From NCBI GenBank assembly GCA_026016245.1, contig CP061211.1, forward strand, positions 120,001-152,000: a stretch of DNA of 32,000 bases, in the 5' to 3' direction. The DNA is from Candidatus Pacearchaeota archaeon. GTDB lineage: Archaea; Nanobdellota; Nanobdellia; Pacearchaeales; UBA284. Positions 16,906-23,592 of the stretch are shown one piece after another. Within the stretch, counting starts at the first letter, position 1. Each line of letters opens with the position of its first letter. The position numbers were made by a program, and so were the translations under genes. Under the pieces are notes generated by a model. The model worked only from the letters and a program-made list of their open reading frames with translations. It was not told where the DNA came from and ran no database searches.

Positions 16906-17406
16906 CTATCTTCTACCTTCCAGAGCAAGAAATGATTTTGCTTGGGCAATAACTTCATCTACTTCTGTTACAAGCCTGTCCTCGTAAGCTTCTATTCTGC
17001 TTGTTATTATATATTTGTCATAGATTCCTCTGAAGAACTTGGTTACAGGATTTACTTCCCATCTGTTTTCCCAGTCACGTTCAAGAAAACTATTAAATTT
17101 TATTTCCATCTCACCTTTATCTTTCTTTATTTTTGTTCCTCCTCTTGCAAGTTCTACTGTAGCCATGTGCAAAATCCTTATTGTTATCTTAACCCTGAAT
17201 CTGAAATAATCACTTATCTTTCTCAAACAGAGCCATTCAATTCCAACATCCTTACCTTCTGCTTTTATTTTCTCGCTATACTTTTTTTCTAGAACAAGAT
17301 AATCATAAGACTTAAACCACTCATACAAAAATCTATAGACATCTTTAAAATCAAAAAGCCCTTCATAAGCAACTTTACCCTCATATACTGGACTTAACTC
17401 TGACAT
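16906..17406 (-). CDS. hypothetical protein
   Basis: 166-aa ORF, soluble. No motif recognised. Confidence 0.4.
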   Translation of the reverse strand: MSELSPVYEGKVAYEGLFDFKDVYRFLYEWFKSYDYLVLEKKYSEKIKAEGKDVGIEWLCLRKISDYFRFRVKITIRILHMATVELARGGTKIKKDKGEMEIKFNSFLERDWENRWEVNPVTKFFRGIYDKYIITSRIEAYEDRLVTEVDEVIAQAKSFLALEGRR

Positions 17407-17498
17407 CTTCCACCTTTTTTCTATTTTGATAAGCTAAAGAGCATTTAAATATTTTTTTGAAATAAGAATGCGCCAGCCGTGCAAGAGATCTTTAGTTT

Positions 17499-17885
17499 CT
17501 ACGCTTTTTGAAGTAAACTTTCCGGCATTATTGGTTTTTGGTTCCCATGGCCAAAATAACCATAGAAAGTGTTATAATTTATGCCAGAAGAATGAGAAAA
17601 TTCATGTAAGTATTTTTTAATTTTCTCTGTCTCTTTTAGGAAGTTAGAATTTAGTGCACAACCCAGCTGTCTTGTTTCTTCAGAAGTATTTTTCTCATGG
17701 CTTATCCATTCATCAATTATTGTCGCAATGTAAACCCCAGAGCAGATGACTCCAATTTCATGTTCATCTAATTTTAATCTATAACTTTTTCCCAAGATTT
17801 TATCAAGAATTCCTCTGTCTTGATTTAGATTAGCCACAACTTTTTCTAGACATTCTTTCAATGATGTGTATGCTTTAACATCCAT
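17499..17885 (-). CDS. hypothetical protein
   Basis: 128-aa ORF lying between the tRNA-3'-end-like repeat (17469) and the left inverted repeat (17929). Confidence 0.4.
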   Translation of the reverse strand: MDVKAYTSLKECLEKVVANLNQDRGILDKILGKSYRLKLDEHEIGVICSGVYIATIIDEWISHEKNTSEETRQLGCALNSNFLKETEKIKKYLHEFSHSSGINYNTFYGYFGHGNQKPIMPESLLQKA

Positions 17886-17928
17886 AAAATTGTTACTATT
17901 TTATAGTTTATAAATGTTGTTATAATAA

Positions 17929-17955
17929 GGTTCTGTAAAGTTATCGGTTGGTAGA
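17929..17955 (+). repeat. left terminal inverted repeat (IS6-type GGTTCTGT terminus)
   Basis: GGTTCTGTAAAGTTATCGGTTGGTAGA matches the reverse complement of 23374-23400 at 23/27 positions. Confidence 0.65.
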
Positions 17956-17988
17956 AAAGGTTAAAAGGTTAAACTTTCTTTAATTCTT

Positions 17989-18177
17989 ATGGCTACATTA
18001 AGCACAAGGAAATTAAATATAGCAAGACATAGGCAGGGTTGGTTTGCACACCAAGAAAGTGAAGAGAGAAAAAGAAGGTTAGAGGAACAGAAAAATAGAA
18101 AACCAGTAAGCAAAGAAGAACATAAAAGAAGGGTAGAAATGCTAAAGAAAATTGGGTTGTTAAAAGAAAATGAGTAA
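17989..18177 (+). CDS. small basic hypothetical protein
   Basis: 62 aa, rich in R/K/E. 8-nt overlap with the next ORF. BRE/TATA-like aaaaggttaaaagg ~29 nt upstream. Confidence 0.35.
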   Translation: MATLSTRKLNIARHRQGWFAHQESEERKRRLEEQKNRKPVSKEEHKRRVEMLKKIGLLKENE

Positions 18178-18805
18178 AGCCAAAGCGAAATTAAAGGGTA
18201 ATACTATAATTTTACAATTACATTATTCTCAAGGTGGAACAAGAATTGCAGATAAAGAGGGAAATCATCTTCCAAAGCCAACACAGGTAATAAATGATAA
18301 AAGATATTACATTGAATGGATGATAACTAATGATGAGATTAAGTTACTATCAAAACTTTTTAAGAAGGAAGAGGACATTACTGGTTTGATAAATTTATTA
18401 CAAAAAATAAGTAAATTTGCAGAAGAAACAAAATACTCTAAGAGAACAACATCTTTTGAGAAAAAAGAAATAGATAAATTTGAAGGTTTTAAGATATATC
18501 ATTATACTGATGATTTTAATTCTTTTGAAAAGATTCTTGATTCTGATTTAAGAGTAAGATTAACCTTTAAATTAGGAGATTTTGGTGTTACGGCTCATCC
18601 TCATATGTATGTTTTAATTCCTTTTAATTTCAAATCATTAAAGATAAAAAACATAGAAGGCAAAGTTAATGAAAATAAGCCATTAGGAAAAGGTTGTTTT
18701 GGGGAATTAAATTTAAATGAAGAAGAACTCAAAGAAATAATCTTAACTCTTGCTCACGCTTCAAATAATCACAGAAATGCTTTAATTGAAATTCTTAAAT
18801 CTTAA
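18170..18805 (+). CDS. hypothetical protein (possible partner of the adjacent methyltransferase)
   Basis: 211-aa ORF, convergent with the MTase gene and overlapping it by 11 nt. No nuclease motif confidently seen. Confidence 0.4.
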   Translation: MSKAKAKLKGNTIILQLHYSQGGTRIADKEGNHLPKPTQVINDKRYYIEWMITNDEIKLLSKLFKKEEDITGLINLLQKISKFAEETKYSKRTTSFEKKEIDKFEGFKIYHYTDDFNSFEKILDSDLRVRLTFKLGDFGVTAHPHMYVLIPFNFKSLKIKNIEGKVNENKPLGKGCFGELNLNEEELKEIILTLAHASNNHRNALIEILKS

Positions 18806-19943
18806 TTTTAAAATCTAAAATATCAGATTTTTTTATTGATTTACTGCCAACTCTAATTGTAGAATTTTTAAAATGCTCTTGATTTTCATTTATCAATTTA
18901 CATATTCTTTCCTTTAACTTTTTGTCTTTGTTACATTCTTCTTTAAATTCAAAGACAAAAAACATATCATTCAAAATATCTTCTTCTTTATTGATTAATC
19001 CTGTTTTCCCTACACTTACATTCCCAACTCTCACAACAGCAAGGTAATAATCAGAAACATTTTTGTCTTGTGGTATCTCTTGTCTTTCTAATATATTCGC
19101 CCCAGAAACATTATTGTTTTCATAACTCCTGTTATATTTCACTCTCCTCTCAGATAAGAATTTTGAAAGGGGTATGCCTTCTTGTTTGTTGTTTTTCTTG
19201 TATAAAAAAGATTGAGGTATTAATTCTTCTGTTGATAGTTCTTGTTTGTTTAATATCTCTTTTACACTTTTATCATCTTCGTATAATAATATTATTTTAT
19301 CTTTGTATTCTAGAATGTTTGTGAAAATAGCAAAACAGCAGGGGATTGGTTCATCAAACCAATTTTTATCATTTTGATAAATAATAATTGTAGAAAAATT
19401 ATTTATAATTTCTTTCTTAATTTCTTTGTTCTTTTTTGCTATAAAAAAAGAAATAGGTAAAACGAAAGCGATAGAAGAATTTTTGTCCTTAAAATGTTTT
19501 ATAGATTTAAGAATAAATACATTTTCCATTTGAATTTTTGGTTTTTTAATAAGAACATTTGTTAAATACTCTTCTGGCTTAATCTCCTTATTTTTATAAT
19601 TATCTGAATAATAATAACTATTTTTAACATTATATTTAGTAAAGGGTGGATTTCCAATAATTAAATCAAATTTTTCTTTTAGAGGAAAAAGAAAGAAATC
19701 ACAAGGGTTATTAGTTAAATCTGTGTCTATTTCACAATCCACTATATTTTTAAAATCCCTATCTTTAAGCCCTCTTACAAAATTTTTAGTGCCTGAAGAT
19801 GGCTCTAAAATTCTTATATTTTTATCATACTTTTTATATTCTAATAACAAATTTAAGACTCTCTTTACAATATTCCTTCTTGTGAAATATTGCCCCCAAA
19901 CAAATTTCTTCTCTTTTTCCATATTGGGATTACGCTTTGCCAT
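18795..19943 (-). CDS. N6-adenine DNA methyltransferase (gamma-class, TaqI/Eco57I-like)
   Basis: Order of motifs: GQYFTRRNIV (X-like), ILEPSSGTKNF (motif I), IIGNPPFTKY (motif IV NPPF), followed by a ~250-aa putative target-recognition region. Confidence 0.85.
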   Translation of the reverse strand: MAKRNPNMEKEKKFVWGQYFTRRNIVKRVLNLLLEYKKYDKNIRILEPSSGTKNFVRGLKDRDFKNIVDCEIDTDLTNNPCDFFLFPLKEKFDLIIGNPPFTKYNVKNSYYYSDNYKNKEIKPEEYLTNVLIKKPKIQMENVFILKSIKHFKDKNSSIAFVLPISFFIAKKNKEIKKEIINNFSTIIIYQNDKNWFDEPIPCCFAIFTNILEYKDKIILLYEDDKSVKEILNKQELSTEELIPQSFLYKKNNKQEGIPLSKFLSERRVKYNRSYENNNVSGANILERQEIPQDKNVSDYYLAVVRVGNVSVGKTGLINKEEDILNDMFFVFEFKEECNKDKKLKERICKLINENQEHFKNSTIRVGSKSIKKSDILDFKIKI

Positions 19944-19946
19944 TTT

Positions 19947-20849
19947 TTAATTCTTTTGACTTGCACAATATATCAAATCAAGCCATTTATTTTTACCAAG
20001 ATTTAGATTAACCCCAGCTTCTTCAATAGGGGTTTTATTAATGCCCTGATGAACACGAATAAAATTATAATAAACCACAAATAAAGATAATATTGCTTCT
20101 GCACTTTTCTTATCCTTAAAATTTCTCATAACTTTTATTCTTTGCCTAATTGTTCCTTGTATTCTCTCAACAATATTATTTCGTTTATCCTTATCTGCTT
20201 TTAATTTAATCCAAATTTTTTTGTCCTCTTTTCTATTTCTTGAACCCCAAACTTTCCTAAATGCTTTATTATATGAAGGTAGAGAATCTGTAAATAGATT
20301 AATAGGCTTGTTTTCTGTTTTTAAGAAAAGTATTTTTGCAGATTGATAATCTCTTTTTTCTGAATAATGAGAAGAAACCAAAACTCTTGTTCCTTTATCA
20401 ATCATATCCCAAAAATAATGCTGTTCTTTTTTACATTTAACAAAAATCTCGTCAGCATGATATTGTCCTGAAAGTTTTAAATCAAACTTTCTCTGAAAGT
20501 CTTTTAACAAGATAGCATATCTTCTTATCCAATTTAGAACAGATTGATGACTTACCCCATAATCTGAAAATTGATTAAAATGTTCTTTGATTTTTCTTAA
20601 ACTTAATCCATTCATATAAAGAGAAATACATTGAGTTACAACTTCTTTTTTATGTTTCATCTTGAAAAATCCATCATCAAGAGTAAATGTTTCAGAACAA
20701 GATTTACATTTCCATCTCTGTTTTTTTGTTGTATGATTAAATCTAAATCCCCATTTAATTAAAGTTTTAGATTTACAGAAGGGACATGCCTTCGGCTTTA
20801 TAACCGATACATTTTTATATTTCTTTGATTTATTGTTTTTGTATTTCAT
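19947..20849 (-). CDS. IS6-family-like DDE transposase with N-terminal zinc ribbon
   Basis: CPFCKS..(x19)..CKSCSETF zinc ribbon. HADEIFVKCKK..YFWDMID (cf. IS6 DETYIKIKG..YLYRAID), TDSLPSYNKAF, NNIVERIQGTIRQRIK (cf. IS6 NNxIExxHxxIKxR). ATG at 20849 is preferred over the GTG at 20864. Confidence 0.85.
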   Translation of the reverse strand: MKYKNNKSKKYKNVSVIKPKACPFCKSKTLIKWGFRFNHTTKKQRWKCKSCSETFTLDDGFFKMKHKKEVVTQCISLYMNGLSLRKIKEHFNQFSDYGVSHQSVLNWIRRYAILLKDFQRKFDLKLSGQYHADEIFVKCKKEQHYFWDMIDKGTRVLVSSHYSEKRDYQSAKILFLKTENKPINLFTDSLPSYNKAFRKVWGSRNRKEDKKIWIKLKADKDKRNNIVERIQGTIRQRIKVMRNFKDKKSAEAILSLFVVYYNFIRVHQGINKTPIEEAGVNLNLGKNKWLDLIYCASQKN

Positions 20850-20862
20850 TAGCGTGGGATAC

Positions 20863-20880
20863 ACAGCCCTTCGGGGCTGT
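20863..20880. other. GC-rich perfect hairpin ACAGCCC-UUCG-GGGCUGU
   Basis: 7-bp stem with a 4-nt loop, followed on the + strand by TTTTTATTT. Lies 13 nt upstream of the transposase ATG on the - strand. Confidence 0.7.
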
Positions 20881-20931
20881 TTTTATTTAATTATCTATTA
20901 TTAGTTATTAACTAATTATATTAGGATATAC

Positions 20932-21162
20932 CTATTTATAAATCTTTCGGTTCAAACTGGCTAAAGAAAAAATCGTCAGAAATAGGTGTCTTTTTAGAAT
21001 TAAATCTGATTCTTGCTTTAACCTTCTATCTAAAAATCTATTAAGTTTTTGAGAATAATCTTTAATATTTATGCCATGCTTTTTGTCAAATTCTTCTTTT
21101 AATAAAATTGCCTTTTCTCTTGTTTCCATAACTTTTAAATCGTGCTGATTCCAAAGATTCAT
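20932..21162 (-). CDS. hypothetical 76-aa protein, downstream partner of the AbrB-type gene (candidate toxin/effector)
   Basis: ATG overlaps the TGA of the upstream AbrB-like ORF (ATGA). GGAG ~10 nt upstream. No toxin family recognised. Confidence 0.4.
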   Translation of the reverse strand: MNLWNQHDLKVMETREKAILLKEEFDKKHGINIKDYSQKLNRFLDRRLKQESDLILKRHLFLTIFSLASLNRKIYK

Positions 21163-21338
21163 TTTTTCCTTTTCTCCTTTTTATTTTGTTGCCCAATTTT
21201 TTCTATAAACAGAATTTCTTCACCCTTGCTTTTTCCAACATAAACCTTATCTCCATTTTCCCACCCAGTCGCTTCTATTACGTCTTTAGGAATGGTTATT
21301 GTTGCTTGTCCATTTTTGTTTATAGTTAATCTTCCCAT
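21159..21338 (-). CDS. AbrB/MazE/SpoVT-type DNA-binding protein (59 aa; below the ORF-track cutoff)
   Basis: My translation: MGRLTINKNGQATITIPKDVIEATGWENGDKVYVGKSKGEEILFIEKIGQQNKKEKRKK. The ..ATITIPKDVIEATGWENGDKV.V.. segment is the classic swapped-hairpin AbrB pattern. Confidence 0.7.
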   Translation of the reverse strand: MGRLTINKNGQATITIPKDVIEATGWENGDKVYVGKSKGEEILFIEKIGQQNKKEKRKK

Positions 21339-21367
21339 AACGTTATATTAACGTTAAATTAACGTTA
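21338..21367. promoter_or_regulatory. three phased TAACGTTA palindromes (candidate operator array)
   Basis: TAACGTTA at 21338-45, 21349-56 and 21360-67, with exact 11-bp spacing. The first abuts the AbrB-like start codon. The third overlaps a TATA-like TTTATAA on the - strand. Confidence 0.55.
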
Positions 21368-21400
21368 TAAACCTTTCTATTCTCAAATTTTTCCAAAAGG

Positions 21401-21408
21401 TTTAAATA
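21401..21408 (+). promoter_or_regulatory. TATA box candidate for the wHTH gene (leaderless spacing)
   Basis: aaaggTTTAAATAgc centred ~27 nt upstream of the ATG at 21431. Confidence 0.4.
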
Positions 21409-21430
21409 GCCATTTGCTAATTATATTAGT

Positions 21431-21709
21431 ATGGCTAAAGCAATTCCAAAATGGGTGATGGAAAGGTTATCACGACTTTGGAAAAAGTATGGCGATAGTC
21501 AAGCAATAACTTTCAAACAAATAAAGGATGTTTTAAAGATGGATGACGAAAACACAATAAGGGTATTCATAAATGAATTGAAAAAAGCAGATTGGATAGA
21601 AGTTCAATTAAGCCCAGAAAGTTCAAGAGAAAGAATCTATATTCTGAAAGAACCAAATAAAATTATGATGGAGATTGTTTCAAATGGAAATAAAAGAAGT
21701 AAAGGTTGA
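21431..21709 (+). CDS. small winged-helix DNA-binding protein (putative)
   Basis: 92 aa. ITFKQIKDVLKMDDENTIRVFINELKKADWIEVQ...RERIYIL resembles a wHTH (helix-turn-helix plus wing). Confidence 0.45.
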   Translation: MAKAIPKWVMERLSRLWKKYGDSQAITFKQIKDVLKMDDENTIRVFINELKKADWIEVQLSPESSRERIYILKEPNKIMMEIVSNGNKRSKG

Positions 21710-22796
21710 ACTTGTTGATAAAAATTCAAGATTTGTCCTTAAAAAGATAATAACTAATAAAGGGGAATTTTATAATAGGCAACTTGCAGTATCAAATTCT
21801 ATTTATGCTTGTGAGAAAAAAAGATTAATTTATGGAAAAGCTTTATTTGATTCTATTTTTCAAACTTTTCATATAATGTGGAATAGTGATGAAGAAGAAT
21901 GGGATTTTATAGGATTAAAAAAAGCAAAAGAACACTCAAAAAATAATGGAAGAATTTTTATCCCATACAAACAAAGAAATGAAAAGCAGTGGAATGAATT
22001 AACTTGGAAAGAAGCCGAAGAAGAATTTAAGAAATTTCAGAAAAAAGTAAATATTGTTCCTTATCCAATTCCTTTAAATGCTTCTTTAGAAGAATGGAGA
22101 ATAAAGAAAAAGGAAGCATTAGGATTATTAGAACCAAATCAAAAACTAATTTCTATACTTTCATCTAAACATCATAATATTAATAATTTCCTTTTATTAG
22201 TAAAAGAAGAATTAAAAAATTCATTTTTTCTTGGAATTTGTTGTTATGGATTAAGCACAACTTTAGAGAAAATAAATTTATCTTTACTTAATTCAATAAA
22301 TTCCTCTTTTAATGTAGAAGATAAAACTGCTTTAATAGGTTATTTTGATTATGCGAGGATGTTAATGAACCATTCAAATATCGCTGGTTCTTTCGCTTAT
22401 TCTTGTTTTGCTGGAGATTTCTTTTCAGAAAAATCTTATTTTATTCCGAGAATGTCTAAAAAAGCAAGAGAAAAAATGTTTAATAAAAAACCAGAGGATT
22501 TTTATTTTTATGATATAAAAGAAAAAAAATTCAATAAATCCCTTCCACAATCAGGATGGTATGGTTTTGATTTAACAAGAAATTCTCTAAAAATGATTTC
22601 TGTAAATGAAGGTTTAACTGGCTATCAAACAATAAAATGGATTAATCATTTTTTACAGCAGAGAGATTTAAAATTAATTAATGAACTTCTTATTTCTAAA
22701 AAGAATGTTCTTAAATCATTAAAAAATTATACTGGTTGGAATGTTTTTTGGGATACAATAAAACCAAACTCCCCTGAAATTCAAAGAACTTTATAG
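21675..22796 (+). CDS. hypothetical 373-aa protein
   Basis: Long ORF overlapping the end of the wHTH gene (alternative start at 21684). No catalytic motif recognised. Confidence 0.5.
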   Translation: MFQMEIKEVKVELVDKNSRFVLKKIITNKGEFYNRQLAVSNSIYACEKKRLIYGKALFDSIFQTFHIMWNSDEEEWDFIGLKKAKEHSKNNGRIFIPYKQRNEKQWNELTWKEAEEEFKKFQKKVNIVPYPIPLNASLEEWRIKKKEALGLLEPNQKLISILSSKHHNINNFLLLVKEELKNSFFLGICCYGLSTTLEKINLSLLNSINSSFNVEDKTALIGYFDYARMLMNHSNIAGSFAYSCFAGDFFSEKSYFIPRMSKKAREKMFNKKPEDFYFYDIKEKKFNKSLPQSGWYGFDLTRNSLKMISVNEGLTGYQTIKWINHFLQQRDLKLINELLISKKNVLKSLKNYTGWNVFWDTIKPNSPEIQRTL

Positions 22797-22820
22797 TCAC
22801 GTGACGCAAAGGATAAAACA

Positions 22821-22862
22821 TTAAGGGGTTGCTTGTTCTTTCCAAGCAAGTTAATCCCTTAA
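22821..22862. terminator. two-segment hairpin between convergent genes
   Basis: TTAAGGG(22821-27)/CCCTTAA(22856-62) and TTGCTTG(22829-35)/CAAGCAA(22843-49), with loop ttctttc. Confidence 0.4.
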
Positions 22863-22970
22863 CGCCTTCTTTAAATTATTAATTCTTTCTACCTTTTAAT
22901 CTTTTCTATGATTTTGGCTTTGTATATAAAGTCTGAATAAGGGCTTACTTTTTAAACAAAATTTATTTTA

Positions 22971-23315
22971 TTATTTCAAGGTTAACATTTGTGCCATTAT
23001 GACAAAATTAACTTTAAAAGATAATTCTGGAAAATCTTCTTTGATTTTATTCCATATCCACATTTCTTCTTCAAAATAAGGTATAAAATTTCCTTTATCT
23101 TTCTCTTTAAATGATTCTACTTGGTCTATTCCAAAAATTTTGTGATAAGCTTCATGTATTACAATAACTTCAATTGATTCTAAAGGATTATCCCTTCCAA
23201 CCCATATTTCTTCTGGTTGAAGTGAAGCCCCTTCACCATCAACAATTTTTACAGGAAATTCAAAATTGTATTTCTCTTTAAGTTTTTTCTTAGCAGATTC
23301 TATTTCTTTTTTCAT
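22971..23315 (-). CDS. small HExxH protein (putative minimal Zn-metallopeptidase-like)
   Basis: 114 aa with VIVIHEAYHKIFG. No other motif recognised. Confidence 0.4.
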   Translation of the reverse strand: MKKEIESAKKKLKEKYNFEFPVKIVDGEGASLQPEEIWVGRDNPLESIEVIVIHEAYHKIFGIDQVESFKEKDKGNFIPYFEEEMWIWNKIKEDFPELSFKVNFVIMAQMLTLK

Positions 23316-23373
23316 AACAAATAAAATATTCTCTCTACATATAAATTTTTTGATTTAAATTATATAATTAAAA

Positions 23374-23400
23374 TCCACCAACCTAAGACTTTACAGAACC
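23374..23400 (-). repeat. right terminal inverted repeat (IS6-type GGTTCTGT terminus)
   Basis: The reverse complement reads GGTTCTGTAAAGTCTTAGGTTGGTGGA. Ends 10 nt from the tRNA-Gly 3' end. Confidence 0.65.
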
Positions 23401-23410
23401 AATAAAAACA

Positions 23411-23521
23411 TGCGCCAGCTGGGATTTGAACCCAGGTAACAACCTATCTCCAAAGTTTAGGGTTGATAAGGGATATGCCCTTATTTGGGAGGGTTGTGTC
23501 TTACCACTGGACTACTGGCGC
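23411..23521 (-). tRNA. tRNA-Gly(CCC) with 40-nt intron at the canonical 37/38 position
   Basis: Manual fold: acceptor GCGCCAG/CUGGCGC, discriminator A, D arm GUCC-AGUGGUA-AGAC, anticodon stem CAACC/GGUUG, loop CU-CCC-A[intron]A, T arm CUGGG-UUCAAAU-CCCAG. The intron contains UUUGGAG, complementary to the anticodon region (BHB-like). No encoded CCA. Confidence 0.8.
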
Positions 23522-23544
23522 TTGCATAATTGAGAGCAAAAATG

Positions 23545-23552
23545 TTTATAAA
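23545..23552. promoter_or_regulatory. palindromic TATA box TTTATAAA upstream of tRNA-Gly
   Basis: Centred ~27 nt upstream of tRNA position 1 (23521) on the - strand. Could also serve the divergent + strand operon. Confidence 0.45.
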
Positions 23553-23592
23553 TCTTGATTACTTTTAATATTGGAGGTTGAGGGAGAGAAGT

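Larger units (their letters stand above)
17929..23400. mobile_element. putative IS6-family-derived transposon / accessory island with passenger genes
   Basis: 27-nt imperfect terminal inverted repeats enclose an IS6-like transposase plus nine or more passenger ORFs. It abuts tRNA-Gly and is visibly more AT-rich than its flanks. Confidence 0.5.

Noticed and set aside
19070-19950. + strand ORFs 19070-19324 and 19723-19950.
   Set aside because: They are shadows inside the methyltransferase gene, which has clear catalytic motifs on the minus strand.
17921-23408. Target-site duplication flanking the 27-nt inverted repeats.
   Set aside because: The 8 nt outside the repeats are tataataa and aataaaaa. 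They are similar only because both are A/T-rich, so there is no clean duplication and none is claimed.
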